A stretch of DNA of 64,000 nt. It comes from Phoronis australis. Its lineage: Eukaryota > Animalia > Phoronida. Below are positions 37,301-51,461 of this stretch, piece by piece. Within the stretch, counting starts at the first letter, position 1. Each line of letters opens with the position of its first letter. Made by a program: the position numbers and the translations under genes. The DNA lies in assembly GCA_002633005.1 (NCBI GenBank), contig NMRA01000047.1:1107104-1171103 (forward strand). The letters run 5' to 3'. The notes below the pieces were generated by a model. The model had not been told where the DNA came from, did not search any database, and saw only the letters and a program-made list of their open reading frames with translations.

Positions 37301-40300
37301 TTAGCAAAGATCATGATGGGATTTTCATGGTTTTGACTTTCTTCGGGGAAATTTGTTCATTCAATCAAAAAGGTACACAGAGGAATGCCCAGATCGTGCG
37401 ATCAAAGACAATTACGATTAGCAGTTAGCTATTCCACGACAGCTCTTCAATGACAAAAAGATATATCTATTTAGGAAAAAGATGCAGTTGTGAGTTGCAA
37501 ACAAATCATTTCAAAGTGTGTAAGTTTGGAAAAATAAAAATAATCACATTTGCAAAACGTCGAAAATGTATGTTTAAAATAACTAATTTCAGGCATTTAA
37601 ACTCTCAGACTATCTGGTAATAGGCAAAATGTCCATTCATTGATCAACCAGTTATAGTTTGCCATCGTCAGTACAGCGCTAATGCACGATCAAAACTTCA
37701 TATGTACTCTTAAATATTTCTGGTGACTACTTTCCTAAAATTAAGCTTGCCTGTTGAGCTTAAGTGAAAAATTTGGCCTTTTCAAAATAGTTTTGTTATA
37801 CTCCCACCCAAGCAGTTCATGGCATAGTTGACCAGCACGAGGGCTTTCTAAATAAAAACTTTATTAAACACTATCATGTCAAAAACAGCGTATAACCGAA
37901 ATGCTGCTAATTAGTCCGCCCATTTCGTCTCCACGTTTAGATTTATTGCTACTTGTTTTTTGTTGACAGAAAAGCGTGCAGTAAACGAACTGTTTTGATG
38001 TTAAGAATCTATTTAAATATTGAATGAATCATCTTATGACCTGAATCACCACACGTATATGATGTGCTACAGCATTTTCCTATTTGATGAATCAGTGTAC
38101 AACTTTTAAGTTATATTGAGAGCTGCTTCTAGGGTAAAACAGGCCAACTTCACTGTAAGAAGAATTGTTTTCGAAGTAAGTATAAATAATAAAGCATGTG
38201 ATTTCCATTCACTGACAGTATAACCACGGAAAACGAAAAGCGTTAACTTATTTCTCGATTTTTGTAACCTGAGCAAAATTACATCAAATCATTCCACACT
38301 CGTCATTGTCTGAAACGGAATGTCCCAAGGTAATAGTCTTATTATCTTTACTGCGCTTACACACCTTTAATATTTTTCGTTTACAAGAGGCTAAAAAATT
38401 AGAGGCAACTTTATTCTTCGCTTCAAGAAGTGTAACATATTTACAGTAAATGGTTGCCATCATGCCGACACGAAGTTCTGAATTCGAACAACCTTTGGCT
38501 TAAAAACGAAAAAAAAAACAACCCAGATTGCTATAAATGCTAGAGTCGAGAATACGGTTATACTTCGTTGCAATCCCTTGCAGAAGAACACATAAGAACC
38601 GAATAATAACTATTACAACTCAAAATCACAAAAACTCTGACGCGTTTTTCTTTAATGACGAACTCCACACGATGACAAAACACAAGAGTGTCCTTGTCAC
38701 CTACTGTTTAAAAGTGAAATTAGAAAGATGTCAACGAAGCCTTACAAACTGGACCTTAAAATTTCTTTGCAAAGATAACATCTGCTTCTTGAACCTGAAT
38801 TGAACCGGTCAAATTTTGGATTTTTTAACGTTTTCTTTTGATTCGTAGATGGTCTGAAATTTTTCGTGTAATGAAAAAAAATATGTGACACGACTTCAGT
38901 GGGTTGACTGGCCAGTTGGTTTCGATTTTATTTTACAGTGTTAAATGCCATCAGAACGCATTTATTTTATGTCTACTGCAACCCTTATGTCGTTCTATTG
39001 CCCTGATGAAAGCATAGAACTTTTAGTGTTGGGTCACTAGTCAAATTTTCTTAGGACATCGTCGTCTGCATTTTCCATCGATTTTGGTGTTTCAGTATTT
39101 ACGTGGCCTTTATTATCACGAGTGTCACTCAGTGTTCCTTATAGTCATTGGTATTTGGTGTAAAATAACACTTCTATATCACGCTTCTCGATTGGATCCG
39201 AGATATGAGATTTTAAATCTTCTAATGGACATTTAATCCAACTGCTTTAGAGTATTAAGCTTGGATTGAAGATCTGCGAAAGTTTGTTTAACTCACGTAA
39301 TAGACCACTTTCAGTGTATACACTATCCAAACTAACTGGTGTCATCGATTGTATCTTTCGAATAGAGAGCTCCGGTGGCAACGGAAGGTATTATTTAGGA
39401 ACCCCAACTTCTTCCCACTGAGCAAACTGTTTCGCCTCACGAACTGACGCCTTGAAAATCCAATTATTTTTTTAAAACTTAATGCCGCAGCGACGCTATA
39501 TGTCAAGTTTTGAATTACAGTATCTATCGATGTTTGAATATTTCCTGCCAAGTCAGGGTAAATTTCAATAATCATATTCGTATTTTGTTCGCAGCATTTT
39601 GCCAGCAAGTGATTTTTCGCTGAAAACGATGTCATTGAAAGTTCACCATATTTTCAAGAATTGTACATGTGAGTCAAGTTTCCCGTACCTCTAGTCTACT
39701 GACATGTTGAAATGTGTGGCGTACATTCAGAATTTCTGGAAGAGGGCGGGACATGCGCGTACGAAATCAAACAATTTCAAGCTGATGGTTGGAATTATCC
39801 TCCGTCCTGAATTTGCATCCTTTCAAGAAACTTTTCCGATAATAACAATAATAAACGCAACCAAGGCTGTATTTTCCGCAAGCCGAGGAAGTCCAGAGCT
39901 TGCGAAACACCAAAAGGATCAAGCGCGTGTCTCTGGGTACCTACACTGGCATAAACCAATATGCCCGCTGGGAGGAAGGGACACCACACGCGGTCCACAG
40001 CAACAAATTCGTTATAAATTCGTACATTTTAATTTGCGTCATTCTTTCACGCGATGGTTGGAACAAGGCTGCAATTATTCCTAAATGACGTTAAATAGAA
40101 ATGTCTTGATAGTTAGATAAATACACTACTTGATTGTTTTTCTTCGCTCACTTAAAGCAGCGTTAAATTACAAAACGTCACTAATTCATGGCTAAGGACA
40201 TGGATTTCGCAGTAATTAGGTTCAGAAAATTCTTAAATGTTTGAAATAGGCCTGATGTAGTCTTTATTTTCCACATTGTAACTATTGTGAATAAAAAGCT

Positions 40301-40643
40301 GAAGAACAGCACTCAGATGTTGAAATAATTTCTTTAAATACCTTTAAAAACATTTTAACACGTGGTGTCCGAGAAATTTCGTCTAAAAAAACACTGTTTA
40401 AAATCGACCAATGTGTGTTTTTCATCCACACAAAATAATAAAGTATACAGCATACTTTAAGAATGACGTTAGTTTGGAATGCTGGTATACTTTCACAAAC
40501 ATCAGCAATCGTCATGTGTGCGATTCCAAAACAATTCCAACAAAATTTATGACACCTACGACGACCAACTGGATGGCGTAATGTAAATTATTTACACGCT
40601 TAAGTTTGCTTGCTTCACCCTATAAATCTAGCACAATACCTAC

Positions 40644-41204
40644 CTTGGAATTTTCGTGTTTTTTCTTGTCAATTTTTTTAATTTCTGCCTTGAACTCCCC
40701 CATGTCTGGGTCATCTTTGGCCAAAACCTCCGTCAGGTAGGCAATGTAACTGGTCGCCAGCCTTAAAGTTTTGATTTTAGACAGCTTCGTGTCTGATGGT
40801 ACATTCGGTATACAGCCCCGGAGTTGGGCAAATGCTGAGTTAATACTCAGTGTTCTCCTACGTTCTTTACGGTTGGCAGTAACCCTACGCTTGACGCAGC
40901 GGACGGGAAGCTGAGCCGGGTCGTAATGGATTCCCATCTCGGAGAGGGGTGAGAGTCCTGCGTGGTAGTCGCCAGGGGACGACGTACCGCAGACGCCGTA
41001 CTGGTCCGGCGACAAAGATCCCATCTCTAGCTGAGAAGGCATGGGGTTACTGCCAATCGCCCAGTTCACGTTTCGGGCCGCGAAGTTGTAATAAGCCGGT
41101 GACGGCATCGAGTGTTCCACCATCGACTCTGGAAAGGGTGCTGTCTGGTGATAGTAATAATCATGGTGGTGATAAGTTTGAGAGAAACCAGTCACTAAAC
41201 TCAT
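40644..41204 (-). CDS. HAND: Hand (heart and neural crest derivatives expressed) bHLH transcription factor, exon 1
   Basis: Starts MSLVTGF (cf. HAND2 MSLVGGF), then a His-rich segment, the b[55 protein letters not shown] and the EFKAE motif. Donor AAG|gtaggt, phase 0. Confidence 0.97.
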
Positions 41205-44200
41205 CTTTTTCACCTCTTGCACGCCGTGGTCTGGAAATTTTTGAACGTTTCCCAGACTCCCTAAGAATATCGATTCTCGGTACCACTGCACGGTGCACTG
41301 TCTCCGCTTCGGCCATCAATCCTATTTTAACTGTGTGACTTCGCTATCATAGTCTAACACAGTCTGACTTATCAGCCAATCAGAGCCACTGTCTTTGATT
41401 GACAACTGGTTGAGATTAGGGCTGTCGCCAAGGAAGTCATTGGGCGCTCTCACCAGAAGGTATTTACCTCCATGCTCGAAATCTGATATAATAGAAAGAG
41501 GCGTCAGTCTCTTTATGCAATGCTTGTTCTCAAATTACAATTAAGTCAGGGACCGATGAAAAATTTAAAAACAAAACGACGAGATAAGAAGATACAAGTG
41601 TCGGAGAACTATTTTTGAAATAACATGGCTTATATTTTTAAAATTACAAATTGCGGATAGAACAATAACAAACACGTATGTAATGAAAACAAACATTGTT
41701 TTCAATCTGGGACTATAAGTTTTCTCTCGACAGCAATAACATCTTATATCCATGGGTTGTATTACTTAATTCCAGGTTTGTGATGAGACATTTAAGTTAT
41801 GAAATACGTACACTGACAATATGTGCAACATAACTAATAGAACTACAAAAGATATTTCGTGTTAGGATTACAGCATATACAGGTTCTTAAAAGAATAGTT
41901 AACAAGGATTTTTACTCGTTCATAGTTAATGAAGCAAAGTCTTGAAAAACTAAAGCAACTTAGCTGTGCAAGCAGCTGGTCATTCTCTGGATACCAAAAT
42001 CCAGATTTCACTGCAAGAGAAGAATCACGAACAGCATACTTAGTATTTTAATGCACTCGTAATTTATCTAGAATAAAAACATATAGTTACATGAAACGAT
42101 TCCTTTCCTGACGATTTGTTTCATAATAAAATCTTGATAAAATCATTATCAACAGGAAGCACAGTGGTCGAGATAGTTGAACGGAATATTATTTTTTTTC
42201 TATATTTGGGACATTGTGAGCAAGTATACTTCTTGTTAATTATCATGCAATTTTCTTACAAGTTCCCCTTACGGATGGCGCATGCCGTTCTGAGACTTTA
42301 AGTAAACACGTTAAGGTGAAAGACACTTGTAAATCGTTCGAACACTCCATTGAGTCACGGTTATCGCCCAACGCCAAATCCCATTCCAGCTTTTTTAAAC
42401 GAATTATCTACCTGAATTTTGGGCTGCAGCGATAAAAAGTAACAGTTTCGTCAAATTTCACCTATAGATTTCATTCATCCCGAGCCATTTCAAAGCTTGT
42501 ATCACGTGTTAGTTTACACAGAAAAGATAACTTGTGTAAATTGTTTATTTCCGTAATGGTCTGCGTGTCGCCATCTCCCTCGCAGCTAGACCATCAAGAC
42601 CAGTCGGTTAGGAAGTAGTAACGGGCTGCCATAGGCTAATCAGGAGAAACACGCGAGGTCCCGACTAAGCGAAAGATAAGAATACAACGCAATAAACCAC
42701 CCAAGACATACTTGTTGTGACAACATAAACCAACAAAAACCAAATGATCGACAACCCATGTTAAAAGATCACACCGCGGAGGTTTCCGGGCCGCGAGTCA
42801 GGCCAAATCATTTTCCGACTTGATTTTTAAAAGCGGGGACCAACAAAATCTACCAATGTATTGTCTTGACATAATATAAAACGCCTCGTCGCCAACGAAG
42901 TCAATGGCCTTCGCTCGACGTGAAATCAAATCGAGAATCTAATCGAATTGATTTTCATTACGAATTTCGCAAGTAACATTTCTTATTACGTAATCTTACT
43001 CACTCCTCATTTACGTTTAGGTTTCATTCAATTATCAAACTCGCCTCCTGACTCCACTACCGTCTACCGTTTTCAAACTGATAACTAATCATTTTCCAAA
43101 ATTCCAAGAATCAACTCCATCAGATAAGAATTCAATGCTAAGCTCAAACAATTATACTACTGCATCCAGACAAATGCGTGTTTTACCAAAAAAGAAGATA
43201 GTTAGAGCACACGAACTGTATGTGTGAAGACGATGCGCGTCCAAACCACAATTTAGAAAATGTTCCGGTCAGTTAAAGACTTCACACTGCCAGCAAAAAG
43301 ACAAACAAACCGAACTCCCCAATAGCGAGTCATTTTCCAAGTAATTTATCTGTAATAATTGACTGAGCGACTGTAGTTTACGACCGTTATCCACTGCTTA
43401 TCTTGTGCATTCATGTGAAGAAAGGCCGGAAATCGTAAAGCACGTTCAGTTCACTGTTCACAACAAAGCTCGATAAACAACTGTATGCAACTGAAGCGGC
43501 CTTCCCTCCCAAAAATGGTTTTGATCACTTACCGTCAGGCAGTCGGTCTCGAATTTTTCCTTTGTCAAAATAGAGGTGATTTCTGGTCCTGATGAGAACT
43601 AACAGTTTGCCTTGCTTGAGACCAGGCTCCAAAAGTTTACTTGTCACGGCGTGTCATTTTAATCGACGAACATGGTCTCGAGGAATAAAGCCCTGTCAGC
43701 TTTTTTTGCAAAAATCACTTCTCATCTGTGTAAGGAACAAGTTGAGATCAATTTTATAACTGTAAGTGATCTGAGTCAAAATTTAATTTCTTCGACTGAA
43801 CGCGGGTTTGTTGCCGCTTTAAAATCACGTTTTGCCTCTGTTTAGTTGTCTGTGTTGAATTCTTAACCCCAGGCACTTTGAGGTTTAAAAAACATTACCA
43901 CGACGTTCATCGGATTTTGAATTGTTGCCATAAGAGCTCGTCCAGGGGAGTGTTCAGTAACGCTAGGACCTACGCTAGGACCTCGTTAAAATCCAGCCAA
44001 GATCACGTGTTCGTATATCTCACGAAATCTCGCGAAGTCTTGCTTTTTAGCGAGGACCTTGCGTTACCGAACTCTACCCTGGCAACTCATGTCTTGTCAA
44101 AGAAAATGTGCTTGTGCGCCATTCTCAAATCCACAATTTCAGGGTTAGCCAAACCCAAGGCGAAACTCTGAAACGTTTTCATGAGAGGCTGATGATTTCG

Positions 44201-47200
44201 GTGTTCTTGTTGATAACAGAAATGAAACTTGTCACGTTAAGAAATATATTGAGATCGATTTTATGAGAGTAAAAAGTCTAATTCCATTTTCATTTTTAGC
44301 CAGATTAAGAAGGTGAAATGCAGATTTAACTTCACAAAATCAGATTTAAAAGCAAACCAACTTCGTGAAAATATATGATGGTCTTTCAACACAACACTAA
44401 TATTTTTAAATTGCCTGCAGTAATGTCTATAGAAAACGTCAACACACACAAGACATTGCGAAAAGTTCCTCGGTTATCGTTGCTGAGACTTGTTCTTTTG
44501 GAGCAAACGAAAAAATACCTTCTAGTAAACACTTTGACACTTTGTTCACGGTGCCTGCCAGTGACTTCCAACTTTTCAGAGGTCACGTATCAAAGTCTAG
44601 TTTTCTTACCATGTTTCGTTATAGCTTATATTTAAAAATGGCTTCACAATCGTGGCATTGAATCCCTTCCTTCTCCAAGCTTTTAAAATAAACTGTTGCA
44701 CGGAATAGCAAATATGTAAATAAACAAATAGATCAATAAATAGATTAAGCACACAGTTTCGCACTTAAATGCGTTGCGTCACTTAATACTAACGTGGGCT
44801 CCTCGTTCAAAGGCCGGGTAAATACAGGGCGTAACAAAAAGATGACGCCGACAACGCCTACAACCACAACTCCCTAAGAGCCTCGATACTGCAGATAGGA
44901 CACATGGAAACCGATACTTGGAGTATTGACGTCATGACTGCAATACATGCTTTGCTGCACCTAAAGCCAGAATTGCGCGTTTGCATCTCTATATGAAACA
45001 CTTAAGGCCTAAGCCCGAGGAACAATTTTTTAAGTGAGTGAAACTTGTCCGTTACGAAATGATAATACTCAAAGCCGCAGTTCACCCCTGTTTAGCTGTC
45101 AATAATAAATTCCTAATCGAAAAATTCTGGGGTCTAAAACATTACCAAGCTCATTCCATATTGAATAAATATTTCGAACTAGTCAGCTACTCAAGCCACA
45201 GGCAAATCATGCATGCAAAATTATCGAATCCGCAATTTTAACGTCTGAAGCGTTTCCTTGAGTTTCTGATAATTTCGATTTTTTCGGTAACATAAATAGA
45301 ATCCTATTACGTTAAGGAATGCCATGGCAACAAGTTTATGGTGAAAGCAATATGCTTAGTGTTATTTTCTTTTCTTTGTATCTAGCGAAATGCATCTTTA
45401 AACTATGACTTGACAACACGAAATAACGTTCACATTTTTGTGTAATTGCCACGTGTTGCCGCCAAGAGACTTATTGCTTTCTTTCATTTTGAATCACCCT
45501 GTATTGATCGTGATGATGGCGTCGAATGTCAATCGCGTGCACAGGGTTGGATACAAGAACGATGGCGAAAATTGCGACATCTACTTCCTAGACGACATTT
45601 ACGGTCTTTCCGATTTCTTTAAATCTGAATAGTGTGTTATCTTGGAAGTCGGGATGGAGCCTGTGAAATTAGATGTCGGGTAAAAAAACACAGAAACATT
45701 TTATTTAGACCTACTTTGACCTTACCTTGTCGAACTTGGTGTAAATAACAAAATACCGTAAATTACAAACGAACAAATATCTTTAATGTTATTTACAATA
45801 AAGCTTAAATGAAAAAATGGGAAGGCTTAAAAAAGTTAAGTATATCGACAGGTAAGACCGATTTAATTGAGATATATGCGGTTCTTTGATAAAAACAGGT
45901 GTAACTGGAGAAGTGGCATACCGATCGGAGAGTGGATTCGGAAAAAAGACCCATTTGTAGGGAGCTCCATGAAAAGCCACCCTTTCGTAGAATTTCGCTC
46001 CAGAAAAATCACCCTATTGTACGGTTCTTTGGATAGGTGTCTTTTTGAACCCTTTAAGCCTGAAACAGTACAAGAAAAGATGCCATGTGGTAAAATATAA
46101 CTACATTTTTGGAAAAAAGTTTTAAAAATATTCATGCTGTAAAAACTTTTGTAGTTTTAAAGAGGAATACTTTTGTAGAGTTTCAAACTCCCAAAGTGAA
46201 CGCTGGTGCAGGGAGTGAAATCGAAAATGTACCTTTTCGTAAATAATTTTGTTAGAAAAGAAATCTTTACGTAAAAGAATTGGTCGTGAAAAAGCCACCC
46301 ATCTAAGCATTCGGAACACTTCGAGCTACGAAAATACCCGAGCAGTGTTCCGGACGTCAACTCCTGATGACGAGCAGTTGGTTTTCTTGGGAGTCTATGA
46401 ACATGAAAACTCCCGGTATTGGTGAGGTGCCGTGTAACATTAGCACTATCTACTACATTATTTTGTATAGGTTATGTAGGTACTTATCGACAGTTGTATT
46501 AACCAAATATCTACAAAACTATTAGAATTTAACTCACTAAAAGTATACTGTTTCAAAAAGTAGAAAGTCCGTAGAAATTGCCATCAGTTGGATCATGTCA
46601 CCATGTCTTGTTAGTAAAACTTACTAACAACGGTATCAATAACATGACTAAATTTTGTATGATATAACTGTTCAATAGGAAATCTTAAAACATGCAATAA
46701 CATTTTATAAATTACCATGATTTCGTTTTCATAAAAATCACAAGTCCTACTTTTGATAGCCCGTCATGCAACAGCATAAATTTTAAAAACAAATTAAAAA
46801 TGTATTAAAGAACAGTGCATAAAGCACATCTGAATGTTTCACAAGAATCTGATCAGCCATTTCTGAGATGGGATGTTCTGAAGGCAGCGAAATTTGGACG
46901 TTTTTTTAGGCGCCTACATAAACTTAACTTAGTGAATAGGACGGTATCAAACAAAATCCTGATATAGAGAACACAACTTACCCATGGGAAACGTGTCAGG
47001 TGTAGACGTCTATTTTATAACAAAGACACCATCAAGTTTCAAGTCAAATTTTCATGCCAGTTGTTCGCCACTGGTCTAGTTACCACGGTTCAGTTGCCGT
47101 TGAGAATGCGAACTTCAGCGAGGTGGAAACATGAATTACCAGCCAAGCCAAATTCTAGTTTGGCTCAAATTTTCGAAAACTAATGTGCATTTCATTTCAT

Positions 47201-49078
47201 TATCGAAGACGGAGTAGAACCAGTAAGTAAATTTTTATTTATTATCAAAAAAGTCCAAGAAACAACATTTATATGCTGACATTGCGCTGCTAATTACAAT
47301 TGAGTTCAAAAGCAAGTATATCAACTAAATGATAAACTAGTTCGTTAAAGATAGAGGCAGATTCACTTCATTTTTACTGTTACTGGTGAGCGCAGTAAAA
47401 ATACTCCTGGGAGACAGGTACGATAAGTCGTCTAACAAGAGACAAAATAGAACACGGGTGGCTCAAAAGCTCGAACAAGTCGGCAATGGCCAAGCATTCG
47501 TTCAGGATAGTTTCAAAACTTTCTTAAGACATGGTTTGGAAAACTTACAAAAAATGCGACTCCATCCGGTGAAGTTAACAACGCCAATCAATTTCAAGTC
47601 GTGGGCTTAAGATTCTGAGGAAAGTAATAGGCAATAGAGAAAACATTTGGTAAAGAAATGGGGTTTAAAAGTGCAACAACTATATTTGTACAAAACATTA
47701 TGTATTAACATGGACACACTACACAAGCTTCAACACTATGATACTGTACAAAAGATCTGTTGACACAAGAGAAGCCAACAAGTCAGATCTCTCTTTTTTA
47801 ATTAATTCAGAACATAACATTCACGAATGTCCATCCTCCAATGCTGTGCTTGCCCTGTACCCTAGATGTAAAAAATTTAACTAAAAAATTTCGCAAGCAA
47901 AAATTCTATTTCTATCAGATATCCACAAGTGATGTTCACGACTAAGATACCTCAGTTAACAAAAGACTACATTGAAACTCTGCTGGTTAATACCTTACTA
48001 CCCACGTGTGGGATAATGCCCGTGTCCAGCAAAAAGCCCACCCACAGACTTTACACTTCCCAGTTTCAACGTCTTGGACATGAACATAAACACATATCAG
48101 TCAAATGTAAATTCCAAGCCAAAATGACAAAGCTACACAATGCTGTTTTCATTATAAACTCAAAAAAACATTTTTATTTCTAACACAAGAATAGACTACC
48201 TGTAGGTATCCAAACTTAGCAGAAAAGTAGGACAAATTTGTCACCGTACTACATAACCTTGCATTAGGTTTATTCTACTGAACATAGAGAATCAGCACAT
48301 GGCCTTACAAATCTCGGACATATTTACCCTATGGAGTATGAGGTTAGCACCAAGACGCCAAAAGTGGGAAAAATCCACCTAGTTTAACATCTCACAAAAG
48401 TTCTATGGTGTAACCTTCAAATGAGTCGATCCTAAGCAGTAAACCTCAGCAGGCAGTTCTCAAATACTGTTTCTGCTGTGTACCATATAAACAATTTCAT
48501 CATGACAAGACCGTTAGCCAGTAGCCAACTCACCGACTCGGGATGGTTGAAATTCCTGAGCACATTAAAAATTTGAATTTCTGATGTACGCATCTCAGTA
48601 ATTTACTAAAAGTAGTCCCACTAACAGCTTTTACGCGATTATCATATTCTTCAATTGTCCACACAACATTCGAGGATCATAACCATTCAAATCGGTCCAT
48701 GAATCCTATAAGATTGCATCCCGGCCATTTTGCATTGTGCACCATGAGACAAGCTAATACCATTTATGACGTTCTTAAAGTATTCTAAGACTGGGGCTAC
48801 AAATGGTCCACAGACAAAAGCTTTCCATTTTTAAGACCATGCCAATCAGACCATAGATTCCAGAGGATACAACACTATGATACATTAAAATATGTACACA
48901 ATGGAAATGTATCGGAAAAAAATAATACATTTCAAATGAGCATCGTCAGCATAAATACATTCAAATATGTACACACATCTGTAATGGACCCAAAAATTTT
49001 GGATAATTTCTTAAATGGGAATAACACTGTACAATATTTTCAAAACAATTTATTCAAATGTCCACCTAAGTGAACCCA

Positions 49079-49237
49079 TCACCTCTCTTGTACGAATACA
49101 GTTTCTTGAGGAAAGAGGCCAACTTCCTTAAGTGTGGAGTCAAAATCCATGAAAGAAAGTTTTCTCCGTGGGTAGTTTGTCACAAGTTCATATTGTTCAT
49201 TGGAATATCCCTTCCCAACAACAAACTGGACCAGAGC
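49079..49237 (-). CDS. UBXN7: UBXN7 terminal coding exon (ALVQFV...ELVTNYPRRKLS...GLFPQETVFVQER*)
   Basis: UBX loop TN(F/Y)PRR and C-terminal PQETVFVQER. TGA at 49079-49081. A candidate AATAAA (minus strand) lies near 47235. Confidence 0.96.
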   Translation of the reverse strand, partial: ALVQFVVGKGYSNEQYELVTNYPRRKLSFMDFDSTLKEVGLFPQETVFVQER

Positions 49238-49479
49238 CTGCAAAATAGAAAATAACATTTTAGAACACTTTCAACGGAGCGCCCCCTATGAACATGAGTA
49301 GGTATCATGGGATTCCACGCATTTCGGAACTACGAATCTTAGAGAGGTAGCATAGGAATGTCGATAAACACCCTCACACTGGTGTATCATAAATACTCAA
49401 ACTAATAGCAATCATCATAAGTTTTGTGTATTAAGAGATAAACATCATACCTAAAATATATTGGTCTATTCACACCAAC

Positions 49480-49778
49480 CTTTTTACATTCGTCTGATGA
49501 TTCAGTTGGTCATTTTCCAACCATCTTCAGGTGTTACGCTGTGCTTAGAAGAAATGGGTACTGGTGTCTGGTACACTCATGGTGGGCACTTGGATTATAG
49601 TTTAACCTGGGATCTTTCAGTTGTCAGTCCTGCCCTCTAACTACTACGTCACTGAGTCAGGTTCAAACCCTGCCGTGCACCAGGATAAACTACAAACCCA
49701 GTGCCCACCATGAGTGTACCATACACCTGTACATCTGAAGATGGCCGGAGAAATGACCGACAGATAGATTTTAAAAAT
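49480..49778. mobile_element. Two head-to-head copies of a tRNA-derived SINE
   Basis: The minus-strand copy has an A-box-like head (GACGTAGTAGTTAGAG). The plus-strand copy starts at the B-box GGTTCAAACCC. Both share the body AGTGCCCACCATGAGTGTACCA...CTGAAGATGG. Confidence 0.6.
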
Positions 49779-50362
49779 GATACATCACCACCTCAAAGTG
49801 ATTTTAAGATGTTGTTAAGAAGTAAACCATGTGTAAAATTACCACAAAGCGATCAGAGCCACCAAGAATAGATGCAGACACTCGTATAAGAACAAAATCA
49901 AAGACCCAAAATCAGCACGATTTGTAATTATTCAAATAAAGCAGGTGCTGTCTTCCTCATAGGACAATATCACCTCAAAGCCAGTGGTTAGACAGAGATG
50001 TCAGCAACGAGCAGCCATAAATGAATCTTTGAGTACATAGAAATTACATCAAAAGTGAATCCTGCCAATCGCTAAGAATAAGAGTACGAATTCTTCAATT
50101 TGGGATAAAAAATACTATAAAAATTGTCAATATACAGTTTTTAAAAGACTAGCGTTGCTGCAAATGCTCAGAATTTTACCAAATATTGCCTGATGCCAGC
50201 AGTACCAATTTAAAATTTGCACAGTAGTTGCTTTAATTTGCAGATAAATTTCAACGAAATGAAATTTTACTTTTTGTCGAATTACGTCAAAAACTGAAGC
50301 GGTCTTACAACTAAACGAGGTTGCCCTGTTGGAGATAGGTTGAATACAGAATAAAGTCTTAC

Positions 50363-50442
50363 CATGAGCTTGGATGAACAAGGCACTGTGAACTGTTCAC
50401 GTCTTCCGTCAGTGAACCTGATCATAATACTGCTTTTATCAT
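50363..50442 (-). CDS. UBXN7: UBXN7 UBX-domain exon (DKSSIMIRFTDGRREQFTVPCSSKLM)
   Basis: UBX start motif IRFxDGxR, GT-AG boundaries, phase 1 to 0. Confidence 0.93.
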
Positions 50443-51461
50443 CTGGAAGACAGACTCAATAAGGTTAATTATCACATCGCATTTGAATTCTGAGGACACT
50501 GCACAGTAGCAGTGGCACGGACAATGACGTAGACACAAACCGACCACCATATGTGACAGATCATAATACAAATATTGGTAATAGCCCATTCCAAGGGTTC
50601 CACATTTTGAGAACCCCTTTTCTACACTGAATACTGGGCATTAACACAGGTTATCCAAATGTGGAACCCCTGTGGCTATTGCCCAAATAATAACCAAACC
50701 ACCACGCATATCAGGCCATATAGACCGAGGGAGAGTGATGTTGCATGAGGCTGAAATTTGTTTTACTATACGACCACTGATGCTCCTATCTTCTGATTTC
50801 TTCATCTCTTATTAAAACGCCATGTTCCTTCTTAGATGCTTTGATATACCACCTGCTCAATTTGATTACAATCAGGTGTTCATGGTCTCAGGTGCCTGGT
50901 CAGATCTCCAACAGCCATATCTGACGTCTGGGTGGCGTGAAAGAAAAGTGATGGCTAGCTGGTCAACATCACCTCATAATGAAATTAACATGGTCAGTCA
51001 GAGGACAGAAGTATTAATGGTCGTGCAACAACATGTAGTAACACCAAATTTAATTTTAAGAAAAATCAAACCAGTGAATGCATTTCTACCTTGTTGAAGG
51101 ATACAATGCATGGAATTTGATTTACTTGATCATACGATGAAATCTTGGGTAAAATTCGAGAAAAAAATCAAACAACGCAGAGCCACTACTCCTGAATACG
51201 CTACTGGTGCAATACAGGGGAGACAAGTGACCATGATAAGCTCACAGTCCACGTTCTATTTTTGACAAATACAGTTAAGAGAAACTCACAATAGTTAGAT
51301 TCCATTGAACCAAGACTTCATGAGTAAGAAAGCCTCTGAACGGCACACACATACTAGAACAACAGTAGTGCGAACGTTATTCAAATGAACAGCAAAGATC
51401 TGATTTATGCGAAAACCACTAATATTTGTACCACACTTAACAATTGCTGATGCCATTTTAC

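Noticed and set aside
41205-41291. N-terminal extension of Hand shown in the ORF track
   Set aside because: It begins at a GTG. The conserved MSLVxGF start is the ATG at 41204.
50570-50690. Short inverted repeat GGGTTCCACATTT/AAATGTGGAACCC (similar remnants at about 885-1175, 25735-26150 and 36350-36525)
   Set aside because: They look like decayed MITE fragments whose ends and TSDs cannot be defined.
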